A program made the position numbers and the translations under genes. The notes under the pieces are model-generated. The model did no database searches, was not told where the DNA came from, and saw nothing but the letters and a program-made list of their open reading frames with translations. From an uncultured Halobacteriales archaeon (lineage in GTDB: Archaea; Thermoplasmatota; E2; JACPAO01): a stretch of DNA of 53,677 nt. Shown here piece after piece: positions 35,508 through 44,760 of this stretch (position 1 is its first letter; the number at the start of each line of letters is the position of its first letter). The DNA is taken from the NCBI GenBank assembly GCA_964451065.1, contig CAYVGY010000003.1, positions 1 to 53,677 of the forward strand, read 5' to 3'.

Positions 35508-36134
35508 ATGACACGGTACGGTAGCGAATTCCCTGAACCGCCATGGACGTACGCGCCGAAGGAAGTCGAGGAATGGCTGACGAGCGTCGCCAAAGGAGCC
35601 CGCGTCGCGAAGCTGGAGGCGTTCAAGAACGCCTCCGTGGGCCGTCTGGAGAACCTGGAGATCGTCCTGGACGTCGACGCGAAGAAGACGCGGGTGCAGC
35701 CCTCGAATTCGTTCGTCATGTGGCTCCAGGACTTGACGGGGAAGGCCAAGTTCGAGTCCCACTTCGAGATTCCGGCGATGACCGAGCTGGTCTTGCGGGC
35801 GCTCGGCCAGGGCCGCTACCACAGCGTCGTCCGCGTCAAGGCGGACGCGGACGTGGTCCATGAGAACGCGGACCGGCCCAAGGACACACGCGGCACCATC
35901 GAGCTCTTGACCGAGACGAGCCACCGCACGACCCGGTGCGACCAGGTGGAGATCGAGGTCTTGGACGACGAGAACGGCGACTCACCGGCGTTCGTCTCCA
36001 TCAAGAGGATCCTCAAGAAGGGGGAACACGCCATCGGCGTCCGGTTCTCGGGCGAGGTCCCGGAGGAGAACTTCCGCGCGTTCTTGTCGTACCTTTCCAA
36101 GAACCTGAACGCCACCTTCGTCGTGGCGGCCTAG
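35508..36134 (+). CDS. conserved-looking hypothetical cytoplasmic protein (208 aa)
   Basis: Clean ORF with an ATG start, balanced composition and third-position G/C bias. I cannot name a family with confidence. Confidence 0.55.
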   Translation: MTRYGSEFPEPPWTYAPKEVEEWLTSVAKGARVAKLEAFKNASVGRLENLEIVLDVDAKKTRVQPSNSFVMWLQDLTGKAKFESHFEIPAMTELVLRALGQGRYHSVVRVKADADVVHENADRPKDTRGTIELLTETSHRTTRCDQVEIEVLDDENGDSPAFVSIKRILKKGEHAIGVRFSGEVPEENFRAFLSYLSKNLNATFVVAA

Positions 36135-37042
36135 CCCGAATCTTCGGGAAGTGCCGTGGGAATCTCGGGTTCCACGATGGAAGCCCAGACGGCCCAGAGT
36201 TTCGTGTTTTGCGCCTGGGACACGTCTTGTTTGGGCTCGTAGAGGCCCTTGATCTCGACGGAGGAACCCTTGCCGGACGCGTCCACGGAGAGTTTCTGCG
36301 CGGTCGTGTAGGCGGGCGATTGGGCCGTCTCCTGGACCCGTTCTGTCTTGCGACAGTCGCCCCCGATGGTGACGCGATGCGTGCGCCCGCCGTCGACGAC
36401 ATTGGGGTCGGCAAGCTGATGCGTGGCCCAAGCGAACCAGGCGCCCTCGAGGTTCTCGGCCGTGAGCGTCGGCGTTCGGCCCGTGTCCAGGTAGCCGCCG
36501 CCTCCCGTCACGTAGGGGTCGGGCTTACTGGGCTTGATAGGGGTGAGCTCCGTCGTGGAATTGAACGTGATGCTGAAGCTGCCGGCCTTGTTCGTGATGA
36601 GGACGGCGTGGTACCAGCCCGGCTTGAACTTGCCCTTGAGGTTGCCGTCCGTGGCCCCGTCACGGGGCCGGAAGTAGTCTTTAAGGCCCTTGGGAAGCTC
36701 GCCGCAGCCGGACACCGACTCCGTGGCGTTGAGCGGGATGAACCCGACGAAGACGGGTTCGCCCAACATGGATTTCTTGCTGATGGGCAGTTCCTGGCCG
36801 AAGTAGAGGAGACTCGACCAGACCCGGAACCCTTCGGTGACGTTCGTGAACTCCCACTTGATGGTCGACTGGGTCTGGACGTTGATGTGGTTGGTCCGGT
36901 TGAGCACGCCGCCCAACGTGAGGGGGTCCCCGAGCCTTTTCTCGATGGGGTCGGGCCCAGGGTCCTCCACGACGTCGTCGTTGCCGCCCAAGCACCCGGA
37001 AAGGGCGGGGACGAGCAATAAGAGCCCGGCGGCAAGCCGCAC
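36131..37042 (-). CDS. lipobox lipoprotein (303 aa)
   Basis: MRLAAGLLLLVPALSGC (lipobox). GTG start. Confidence 0.65.
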   Translation of the reverse strand: MRLAAGLLLLVPALSGCLGGNDDVVEDPGPDPIEKRLGDPLTLGGVLNRTNHINVQTQSTIKWEFTNVTEGFRVWSSLLYFGQELPISKKSMLGEPVFVGFIPLNATESVSGCGELPKGLKDYFRPRDGATDGNLKGKFKPGWYHAVLITNKAGSFSITFNSTTELTPIKPSKPDPYVTGGGGYLDTGRTPTLTAENLEGAWFAWATHQLADPNVVDGGRTHRVTIGGDCRKTERVQETAQSPAYTTAQKLSVDASGKGSSVEIKGLYEPKQDVSQAQNTKLWAVWASIVEPEIPTALPEDSG

Positions 37043-37143
37043 GTGGGGACGTTGACCTGAAACTTAAAAAGCCTTTCCGTCCGAAGGCGGCACGAGGTGC
37101 CTTCCTCCGGCGCCCGCAGGGGCCTCAGGACCGACCTTTGCCG

Positions 37144-37151
37144 CTTATTAG
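37144..37151 (+). promoter_or_regulatory. TATA-like box (CTTATTAG) for hmgA
   Basis: An A/T-rich octamer ending 24 nt upstream of ATG 37176. A second box (AACTTAAAAAG, 37061..37071) faces the divergent lipoprotein gene. Confidence 0.4.
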
Positions 37152-37175
37152 CCGGCGTCCGTTGCCGCGGCGGAG

Positions 37176-38357
37176 ATGCGGGGCGGTTCCTTCTCGGGAT
37201 TCTACAACCTGACCGGCCGCGCCCGTCTGCGACGGGTCGCCGACTGGGCGGGACTGACCAAGGCTGAACGAGGCCTTCTCCAGCGGACGCTCGTGTCGAC
37301 GCCCGGCCTCCCCGCTGCCGTCGGGGAGCGCATGATCGAGAACGTGGTGGCAGCCATCTCCCTCCCCTTGGGCATCGCGACGCAGTTCCGGATCAACGGA
37401 AAGGACTACCTCGTGCCGCTGGCCGTCGAGGAGCCGAGCGTCGTGGCCGCGGCCAGCCACGCCGCCAAGCTCGCACGCAGGGCCGGCGGGTTCACGGCGA
37501 ACGCCAGCGGGCCGATCATGATTGGCCAGATCCACCTCGAACGCGTCCGCGACCCCATTGAGGCCGCCGAAGAGATCCTGCGGCGCCGCATGGAGGTCCT
37601 GCGTGCCGCTCGCCTTCCTGACTCGTCGCTCGAACGACGCGGGGCCGGACCCGTCGACCTGGAGGTCCGCATTGTGCGAAGTCAACGCCAGCTTTTCCTG
37701 GTTGTCCACCTGCTCGTCGACGTGGGGGACGCCATGGGCGCCAACGCCGTGAACACGCGCTGCGAGAAGGTCGCCCCCTACCTTGCGCGGATGACGGGCG
37801 GCCGGCCACGGCTTCGCATCGTCTCGAACCTCGCCGACCGACGCCTCGCCATCGCCAAGGCCACCTGGGACAAGGACTCGCTCGGCGGCAAACGCGTCGT
37901 CGACGCGATTCTCACCGCCGCCCGCATCGCCGAGGTGGACCCGTATCGTTGCGCCACCCACAACAAGGGCGTCATGAACGGCATCGATGCGCTGGCACTC
38001 GCTACCGGCAATGATTGGCGCGCGCTCGAAGCGGGCGCCCACGCGTACGCGGCCAAGAGCGGCCGATACGAACCCCTCACACGCTACTCAAAGGATCCCA
38101 AGGGGAACCTGCTGGGAGAAATCGAACTTCCCATGAGCATGGGCATGGTGGGCGGGGCGACCCAGGCGAACCCCGTGGCCGCCCTTGCCATCAAGATCCT
38201 CAGGGTGGAGAGTGCCAAGGAGTTGGCGCAAGTCGCGGCGGCGGTCGGGTTGGCTCAGAACCTTGCCGCGTTGCGGGCCCTCGTGACGGAGGGAATCCAG
38301 CTTGGCCATATGCGGCTTCATGGCCGCCTGGCCCGCGGCGCCCTTCCGACGGATTGA
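37176..38357 (+). CDS. hmgA: HMG-CoA reductase, class II
   Basis: MIENVVAAISLPLGIA, VPLAVEEPSVVAAASHAAK, DAMGANAVNT and a C-terminal GHMRLH are present. The ~390 aa soluble form is typical of class II. Confidence 0.9.
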   Translation: MRGGSFSGFYNLTGRARLRRVADWAGLTKAERGLLQRTLVSTPGLPAAVGERMIENVVAAISLPLGIATQFRINGKDYLVPLAVEEPSVVAAASHAAKLARRAGGFTANASGPIMIGQIHLERVRDPIEAAEEILRRRMEVLRAARLPDSSLERRGAGPVDLEVRIVRSQRQLFLVVHLLVDVGDAMGANAVNTRCEKVAPYLARMTGGRPRLRIVSNLADRRLAIAKATWDKDSLGGKRVVDAILTAARIAEVDPYRCATHNKGVMNGIDALALATGNDWRALEAGAHAYAAKSGRYEPLTRYSKDPKGNLLGEIELPMSMGMVGGATQANPVAALAIKILRVESAKELAQVAAAVGLAQNLAALRALVTEGIQLGHMRLHGRLARGALPTD

Positions 38358-38431
38358 GTCGGCGGTTCTCTGCAAGCGGCGGCCGCGGGGCGGCCGGACT
38401 CCCGCCTCCCGATTCTTTCTGGTTCCCGGAG

Positions 38432-39595
38432 TCAGGCCGCCTCGGTTTCCCGCGGCGCCGCACCTACCACGGCACGCGGCGAGGGTCGGTGGCCCAGGCG
38501 TTGCCGAATCTCGTGCTCCATCACCATCGCCTCGGCCGGGTCGATGCTCAGCTGGTCCCGCAGGTGTTCGAGGAATCGGCGTTCACGGTCGGTGATCTCA
38601 TCGTCGCGCAAACAGTGGAGGAGCTGGGCATGGTAAAGGTCCCGACTTCGCTGGTGAAGATAATCCTGGGGCGGTTGCGTCGTGGCGGGGAAGACCTTGT
38701 TCAGGCCGTGTCCGACGAACCGTTGGACGGGGAAGAAGACGACGGTAGCGCCCAGGGCGGAGAGGAGAAAGGAGAGGTCCGTGAAGGAGAAAATGGGTTC
38801 GATGAGTTTCTGGAAGAGGTTGTTGGCGAGGAAGAAGACGATGACGACGGCGCCCATGGTCAGCGTGTACTTGAGGCCAGCCTTGACGCCGAGTTCGATC
38901 TTGACGAGTTGGTACTTGAGGATGGCGTAGGCGGCGATGCAGGCGACGGCGATCTCCAGGGTGGGCGTGACCCACTGGAGGACGAAGGTCTGCCACGGGT
39001 GGCGCAGGTACTCAAGGAGGGCCACGAGGAGGGTGCCGAGGAGGTAGGGCGCCAGACCGCCCAGGACGTAGGCGGCGCGCGTGCGGACGATGGGGTCGGT
39101 GGCGGCGCGGTAGGTCCGCATCATGAGGCCGACGGCGAGCGCGGTGGCGGCGAAGGAGAAGGCGTTGAAGATGGTGGCGAGGTCGGCGAGGTCCTTGAGG
39201 GGGGCCGTGTGGAGGACCCAGAGGAAGGGGACGGCGGGCAGGAAGATCACCGCGGCAAGGCCGCGCCGCGCCACGAGTGCCGGATGGGCCTTGGGGAAGA
39301 CGAGGACGAAGAGGATGAGGAGCGGGACGAGGAGGATGGCGCAAGTGAAGCCGAAGTAGAACCAGGAGAGGGGTCCGGGGAAGGTCGGGGTCTGGGCGTG
39401 GAGTTCGGGGGAGAGGGGGAGCACGCCTTCGGCGAGGCTCTTGAGGCCGGAGGTGAAGAAGAAGGCGGAGAAGAGGACGTTGGGGATGCGGAGGTGGCCG
39501 GCGACGAAGACGAAGGCAGCCAGCCCGATGAGGAACGTGCCGGTCATGAGGGGGAGGTACCCCTCCAGGTGGCTCAACGCCTCGGGCCCGGCCAT
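38432..39595 (-). CDS. polytopic membrane protein (about 8 TM) with a helical cytoplasmic C-terminal tail
   Basis: It is strongly hydrophobic through about aa 300. The tail DDEITDRERRFLEHLRDQLSIDPAEAMVMEHEI follows. Confidence 0.6.
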   Translation of the reverse strand: MAGPEALSHLEGYLPLMTGTFLIGLAAFVFVAGHLRIPNVLFSAFFFTSGLKSLAEGVLPLSPELHAQTPTFPGPLSWFYFGFTCAILLVPLLILFVLVFPKAHPALVARRGLAAVIFLPAVPFLWVLHTAPLKDLADLATIFNAFSFAATALAVGLMMRTYRAATDPIVRTRAAYVLGGLAPYLLGTLLVALLEYLRHPWQTFVLQWVTPTLEIAVACIAAYAILKYQLVKIELGVKAGLKYTLTMGAVVIVFFLANNLFQKLIEPIFSFTDLSFLLSALGATVVFFPVQRFVGHGLNKVFPATTQPPQDYLHQRSRDLYHAQLLHCLRDDEITDRERRFLEHLRDQLSIDPAEAMVMEHEIRQRLGHRPSPRAVVGAAPRETEAA

Positions 39596-39676
39596 GCCAA
39601 TTGCGCACCAGGGAGGGGCGGCCTATTTATGCCTTGGGTCGAGGATCGTCGAGCCCGGCGATGGGGGGTTTGAGAG

Positions 39677-40177
39677 CTAATTGGTCAAGAGGCTGCCGGC
39701 GACATCCTTGACTTCGCGGCCGCAGTAGGCGCAGCGGAGCGCCGGCGATTCGCCGCTGGTGACCACGTGGCGGGACTGGACGGGTTCGTGGGCGTTCGTG
39801 ACGCAGGAAAGGTTCTCGCACTTTGCGAGGCCGATGATTTCCTTGGGCAGTTCGACGACGGCTTTCCTGGCAATCTGGAAGTTGCGGATGATGCTGATCG
39901 AGGCCTTGGGGGCGATGAGGCTAATCTTGTTGACCTCGCGGGGGTCGAGTTCGCGGTCCTCGATCTTGACCACATCCTTGTGGCCCATCTTCCGGCTCGG
40001 CAGGTTCATGCCGATGGAGACGATGCTGCGGCCGCCTTCGGCGGGTAGACCGAGGATCCGCATCACTTTGAGCGCTTGACCGGCCGCGATGTGGTCGATG
40101 ACGGTGCCGTTGCGGATCGGTTGGACCTTGAACTCCTTGAGCGAGGATTCTGCGGCGGGGGCGGGGGCGCGGGCCAT
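39677..40177 (-). CDS. pyrI: aspartate carbamoyltransferase regulatory subunit
   Basis: IRNGTVIDHI is present, together with the Zn domain CENLSCVTN...RCAYCGRE. Confidence 0.9.
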   Translation of the reverse strand: MARAPAPAAESSLKEFKVQPIRNGTVIDHIAAGQALKVMRILGLPAEGGRSIVSIGMNLPSRKMGHKDVVKIEDRELDPREVNKISLIAPKASISIIRNFQIARKAVVELPKEIIGLAKCENLSCVTNAHEPVQSRHVVTSGESPALRCAYCGREVKDVAGSLLTN

Positions 40178-40215
40178 GGGTGGCCCAAAGACGAGGCCCT
40201 CTTGGATTTTGCCCC

Positions 40216-40647
40216 CTACCCGTCTTCTGGGAAATTATCGCAGTGCGAAGTGAGGCGCCGCCAGAATCCTACCGTGTTCCATTCTTCGTCGAACGCGACG
40301 ACGATTACGTCCTGGATATCCCATTCGGGGGATTCGATTACGACGAGTGACCACGGGTAGTCGATGTCACACGTGGGCTCTCGCCAGGTGGTTCGTTCCA
40401 CACGGCACACGGCGTCGGGTTCGATCGCCCGGTTGCGATAATACACGCAACTGGCCGGCGCGGCAGTTCGCGCGGTGACAACGTGGGTCTCCAGCATGCC
40501 GTCCCCCAATGGCCGACCGCCGAAGCCGGTCCAGCCGGGGCTATGCGCCGGTATCTTGGGGGGTTCCGAGGGGGGTCCGTCGGGGAAAGGACCTGCGCAT
40601 CCGGCGAGGACGAGCATGGAAGCCAGCGAGCAAATCCCCCACGTCAT
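40216..40647 (-). CDS. small lipobox lipoprotein (143 aa) inserted between pyrB and pyrI
   Basis: ATG 40647 gives MTWGICSLASMLVLAGC (lipobox). By eye, the local sequence is less GC-rich than the flanks. Confidence 0.5.
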   Translation of the reverse strand: MTWGICSLASMLVLAGCAGPFPDGPPSEPPKIPAHSPGWTGFGGRPLGDGMLETHVVTARTAAPASCVYYRNRAIEPDAVCRVERTTWREPTCDIDYPWSLVVIESPEWDIQDVIVVAFDEEWNTVGFWRRLTSHCDNFPEDG

Positions 40648-40898
40648 TCGTCTCAAGAGAAGCCAGCTTTGTTTCTCCTGGATAAATCTTGTGGGCCCGT
40701 TCCGTCGGTCTGGAGTACAGAAATTGGTTCGCAGCCCGGCTTCTGGAGCAGTGGCCCTTCGTGCCATGGCCAAACTCACGGATCAATGGCTCGCCTCTTC
40801 GCCCCCTGAGCAGCCGCGGGGGCCGGGGGGGCTGCGAGGAAGCGGCGGTGCCCCCGGCAAACAAAACCATGAGGTCCGCCGCCCGAAGCGGTCGAGTC

Positions 40899-41891
40899 CT
40901 AGGGGCGCCCGCCGAGAACGGCGGCCAGCACCGCCATCCGGACGGGAAGCCCGTTCGCCGCCTGCTGGAAGTACCGTGCATGGGCCGTTCCGTCGACGTC
41001 CGCGTCGATCTCGTCGACGCGCGGTAGCGGGTGGAGCACGATGAGGTCCCGCTTCGCGTTGGCCAGCGCGGCGCGGGTGATGCGATAGGTTCCCGCGACC
41101 TTCCGGTAATCCTCCGGGTCGCCAAACCGTTCCTGTTGGATGCGGGTGCAGTAGAGCACGTCCGCCTCGGCCAGCGCCTTGTCGAGGTTCGTGGACGCCT
41201 CGAGCGTGGCACCCCGGTCGCGGCACTCCCGCAGCACTTCCTTGGGGAGCTGGAGGCTCGGGGGGCTCACGAGCAGGATCCGGCACGGATATTGGCTGAG
41301 CGCGGTGACGAGGCTGTGCACGGTGCGGCCGAACTTGAGGTCCCCGAGCAGCACGATCGTCGAATCTTCGATGCGGCCGCGTTCCCGCCGAATCGTGAAC
41401 AGGTCGAGGAGGGTCTGCGTGGGATGCTCGCCGGCGCCATCGCCCGCATTGATGACGGGATGGTCCGCATAGTCCGCCGCCAGACGCGCCGATCCTTCCT
41501 TGGGATGCCGGAGCACGAGCGCGTCGGCCAGCTTGTCCACGATGCGGACCGTGTCCGCGAGCGTCTCCCCCTTTTGCCGGCTCGTGCTCGCGGGGTCCGA
41601 GAACCCGATGACGCTGCCGCCGAGGCGCTGCATCGAGGCCTCGAAGCTCAGGCGGGTCCGCGTGCTGGGCTCGTAGAAAAGCGTCGCAAGGACCTTTCCC
41701 TCCAGGCTCGTGTTGCGTTTCTGGCCCGAGGCGGCGGGGACGAACTTCTCGGCATACGACAGGAAGGCGTCCACTTCTTTGCGGGCAAAGTCGCGGATGC
41801 TCACGACGTCGCGGCCGGTCCAGTCCATGCGGGCGTCGCGGGCAGGGAGGGGGGCGCTTTCAAGCTTTGGGGTTTCCAGCATGCGGGTCAT
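40899..41891 (-). CDS. pyrB: aspartate carbamoyltransferase catalytic subunit
   Basis: EPSTRTRLSFE, GEHPTQTLLD and HPLPR are present. ATG 41891 overlaps the stop of the antiporter gene (ATGA). Confidence 0.95.
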   Translation of the reverse strand: MTRMLETPKLESAPLPARDARMDWTGRDVVSIRDFARKEVDAFLSYAEKFVPAASGQKRNTSLEGKVLATLFYEPSTRTRLSFEASMQRLGGSVIGFSDPASTSRQKGETLADTVRIVDKLADALVLRHPKEGSARLAADYADHPVINAGDGAGEHPTQTLLDLFTIRRERGRIEDSTIVLLGDLKFGRTVHSLVTALSQYPCRILLVSPPSLQLPKEVLRECRDRGATLEASTNLDKALAEADVLYCTRIQQERFGDPEDYRKVAGTYRITRAALANAKRDLIVLHPLPRVDEIDADVDGTAHARYFQQAANGLPVRMAVLAAVLGGRP

Positions 41892-43285
41892 TCCTCGACG
41901 GCCTCCTTGATGCGGGCGGCGTCCGGTCGTTCCTCGACGAATTCCTTGAAACGGCCGCTCACCGCCTTGAGCCAGAACGGAGTGATGAGCGTCGTGAAGA
42001 GGACCACGACGATAATCGTCGTGTATTGCCAGTTGCTGAGGAGGCCGTGTTCGAGGCCGAAGAGGGCGAAGATGAGGCCGACTTCTCCCCGGGGGACCAT
42101 GCCGACGCCGACCACGTACCGGTTCGCCTGGCCGCCGAGGACCCCGAGGCCGCACAAGAGCTTCCCGAGGATTCCAGCCACGGTGAGGATGCCGCCGACG
42201 AGGAGCACCAGGGGCAGGGTCTCCCGCGTCACGCTCGTGAGGTCGACGCGGGCGCCGAGGATGACGAAGAAGAAGCCGACGAAGAGACTTCCCACGGGCT
42301 TGAGGTCCTCAAAGATGATGTGGCGGTGGGAACTTGTGGAGAGAGCAAGGCCAGCGGCGAAGGCGCCGACGATGGCGGCCAGGCCGACCCACGTCGCGAG
42401 GTAGCTGACCGCGAACATGAGCGCCAGGGCGAAGCCGAGGTGGACGTAGGGCGTCCGGAAGGCCGTATGCACCCAGTTGATGATCCGCGGTGCAAGGAGG
42501 ACGCCCAGGAGGATGGCTGCGAAGAAGAAGCCGAGGGCCAAGCCAAAGACGCGGGCAACGCCCGCGAGAGAGAGGCCGGCTGGGTCGACCACGAGGCCGC
42601 CGACGATGGCAAGGATGATGAGGCCGAGGACGTCGTCGAAAACCGCGGCGCCCAAGATGATCTGGGATTCGCGCGTCCGAATGCGGCCCATGTCCGAGAG
42701 GACCCGCGCGGTGATCCCCACCGAGGTGGCGGCGAGCGTAGCGCCGATGAAGGCGTGGAGCAGATGGGGGTTAGAGATTGCGGTGTCGGTGATGACCCAG
42801 TCGATGCGTTGGGCGAACAGTTCGCTGGCGCCCCATCCGATGGCGAGGCTGAAGACGACTCCGAAGGTGCCGACGAGGCCGGCGCTCCAGCCCACGCGGC
42901 GGAACTCGGCGAGGTTGGATTCGAGGCCGACCTCGAAGAGAAGCACGAGGACGCCAATCTCCGCCAGAAGCGCGAGGACCGCGAGGTCCTTGGTGGCGGC
43001 GAAGTCGACGTCATCGATGGTTAGGTTGCCCTCCGAACCGAGGGGCTCCGCAGCGAAGAACTGGTTGGCCGTGTCGAGGATGTCGAAGGCGGGAAGGAAG
43101 CCGAGGAGGGAGGGACCCAGCAAGACGCCGACGAGGATCTCACCCGCGACCGGCGGTTGCTTGAGGCGGGAGGCGAGTTCGCCCCCGACCTTGGCACCCA
43201 CGAGGATGACGAGGACGTAGAGAAGGATCGCTTCGGGTCCTCCAACCAGGTGAGCCCCTCCACCTGGGTTACCGGCGGAACCCAT
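41888..43285 (-). CDS. cation:proton antiporter (CPA2/Kef-like, PF00999-type)
   Basis: It has 12-13 TM helices and the N-terminal block VLVILVGAKVGGELASRLKQPPVAGEILVGVLLGPS, typical of Na+/H+ exchanger family proteins. Confidence 0.85.
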   Translation of the reverse strand: MGSAGNPGGGAHLVGGPEAILLYVLVILVGAKVGGELASRLKQPPVAGEILVGVLLGPSLLGFLPAFDILDTANQFFAAEPLGSEGNLTIDDVDFAATKDLAVLALLAEIGVLVLLFEVGLESNLAEFRRVGWSAGLVGTFGVVFSLAIGWGASELFAQRIDWVITDTAISNPHLLHAFIGATLAATSVGITARVLSDMGRIRTRESQIILGAAVFDDVLGLIILAIVGGLVVDPAGLSLAGVARVFGLALGFFFAAILLGVLLAPRIINWVHTAFRTPYVHLGFALALMFAVSYLATWVGLAAIVGAFAAGLALSTSSHRHIIFEDLKPVGSLFVGFFFVILGARVDLTSVTRETLPLVLLVGGILTVAGILGKLLCGLGVLGGQANRYVVGVGMVPRGEVGLIFALFGLEHGLLSNWQYTTIIVVVLFTTLITPFWLKAVSGRFKEFVEERPDAARIKEAVEE

Positions 43286-43537
43286 AAAGGGGTTTCGTGC
43301 GGCTCACGCTTTCGGCTTGCCGTCGCCGTGCGCCGGCGCTTTGCGCGTCGGCGAGTTCTTGCCGGCGTTGCTTCCCACGTCGTGGACCATCCGACCATAC
43401 TTGCGGCGCGGCACGGGCTCGTGAACGCCTTGGGGGGTCAAAACGGTGCGGGGGCCATTGCCCGTCGACGTGGGCGAAGGTGGGGCGCAAACCCAACTTC
43501 CAACGACGAGATGAGTCGGCGACGCCAGGAGGGATGA

Positions 43538-43768
43538 GTGGTCCCTCGGCCCCCGTACGCCCGCACCCTCACGAGACGAGCCGCCACGAGGCAATTGTCC
43601 TTATTGGTCGCGTTCATCGCCAGCATTCAGTTCATCCTGACCGGGCTAACGCTCCTGGTCGGTGTGCCCGGAATCGGATATCTGTGGCTCGTCGCAGGAG
43701 TCGGCGTGGCGTACGGGACGTTTCTTTTCGAAACGTCTAAAGCGAAACGTCGGGGTGAACGCATTTGA
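43538..43768 (+). CDS. small membrane protein (76 aa, 2 TM)
   Basis: LSLLVAFIASIQFILTGLTLLV and IGYLWLVAGVGVAYGTFLF are present. Confidence 0.4.
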   Translation: MVPRPPYARTLTRRAATRQLSLLVAFIASIQFILTGLTLLVGVPGIGYLWLVAGVGVAYGTFLFETSKAKRRGERI

Positions 43769-43872
43769 TGGCGGAGGAACTCTATGATCGGGTGCTCCGC
43801 GGGGCGCTATTGACGGCCGCAATCGCGGGTACGGTCACGCTGATTGCGTCCCTGATCTTCATCGGCTTCTAG
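43768..43872 (+). CDS. possible 34-aa membrane micro-ORF
   Basis: My own translation: MAEELYDRVLRGALLTAAIAGTVTLIASLIFIGF. The ATG shares one base with the TGA of the previous ORF (TGATG). It is below the ORF-track size cut-off. Confidence 0.25.
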   Translation: MAEELYDRVLRGALLTAAIAGTVTLIASLIFIGF

Positions 43873-43895
43873 GGAAAGTGCGACCGCGGTTGGCC

Positions 43896-44372
43896 TCACT
43901 TGAGACGGCCGTCGTACTCGCCCCGGTCGATGGCCTTCTGCGCGTCGCGCGGGTCCTTGCCTTCGACCTTGACGCCCATCGAGACGCAGGTTCCGAGGAC
44001 TTCCTTCACTTTGGCCTTGAGGGTCTTGCCCAAGAGCGCGTCGCCCTTCTGCTTGGCGACGGTGACGGCCTGCTCGATGGTGAGGTTGCCGATGGTGGTC
44101 GTGCGCGGGTTGCCCGAGCCCTTCTCCGCGTTGATCTGTTTGAGGATGAGGGCGCTGGCGGGCGGCGTGCCGACCTCGATCGTGAACGCCTTCGTGCCGG
44201 GGTCGATGAGGACCTTGACGGGAACCTTCATGCCGTCGAAGACGCGCGTCTTGTCGTTGATCGCATTGATGACTTGGACGATGTTCACGCCCATCGGGCC
44301 CAAGGCGGGTCCAAGGGGGGGGCCAGGGGTCGCTTTTCCACCATCAACGAGGGCTTCGACTTTCTCGACCAT
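43896..44372 (-). CDS. rpl11: 50S ribosomal protein uL11
   Basis: GGKATPGPPLGPALGPMGVN and IEVGTPPASALI are present. Confidence 0.95.
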   Translation of the reverse strand: MVEKVEALVDGGKATPGPPLGPALGPMGVNIVQVINAINDKTRVFDGMKVPVKVLIDPGTKAFTIEVGTPPASALILKQINAEKGSGNPRTTTIGNLTIEQAVTVAKQKGDALLGKTLKAKVKEVLGTCVSMGVKVEGKDPRDAQKAIDRGEYDGRLK

Positions 44373-44500
44373 GCAGGTTCACGTCCGCCTCGACCCTGCG
44401 CCAAGGAAGCGCCTGGTAGACCGCCCAATCGCGGTCAGGGATGAGGCTCGCGCCAAGAAGAGGCCCAAGATAAAACGATATCGTCCCAAGGACGTGGAAG

Positions 44501-44632
44501 CTAGGCGTCCGCGGGCACGGGGACTTCCTTGTCGAGGACCCGGGTGGGGACCCCGAAGCGCAGGAGATGGACGCGGTACATCATGTACTCCGCCGTCTCG
44601 TCGTATGGGAGCTCGATCTTCCGGGCGTCCAT
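44501..44632 (-). CDS. 43-aa micro-ORF A (paralogue of 44761..44886)
   Basis: My own translation: MDARKIELPYDETAEYMMYRVHLLRFGVPTRVLDKEVPVPADA. Third-position G/C is very high. The TATA-like CATATAG (44662..44656) ends 23 nt upstream of the ATG. Confidence 0.45.
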   Translation of the reverse strand: MDARKIELPYDETAEYMMYRVHLLRFGVPTRVLDKEVPVPADA

Positions 44633-44760
44633 GGTAGCCAACCTCGTTCCCAACGCTATATGAGGAATCTGGTAAAGGTCTCAAATCGTCGTGGCCGGCG
44701 GGGCCTTGGGGCCCCAGGGGACGTATAAACGTTCATAAGGGCCCTCCAGCGGGCTAGCCG

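Noticed and set aside
33753-35924. Long 723-aa version of the pheT ORF
   Set aside because: The N-terminal 173 residues are antisense to 35508..36134 and cross the AT-rich promoter. ATG 35405 gives the canonical PheT N-terminus MPGQVPVLGVGYDDL.
38015-39673. 552-aa plus-strand ORF
   Set aside because: It overlaps the end of hmgA and is antisense to the polytopic membrane protein 38432..39595. Its translation is Gly/Glu/Arg low-complexity.
41031-43024. 457-aa and 385-aa plus-strand ORFs
   Set aside because: They are antisense shadows of pyrB (STRTR, HPTQ and HPLPR motifs on the minus strand) and of the CPA2 antiporter.
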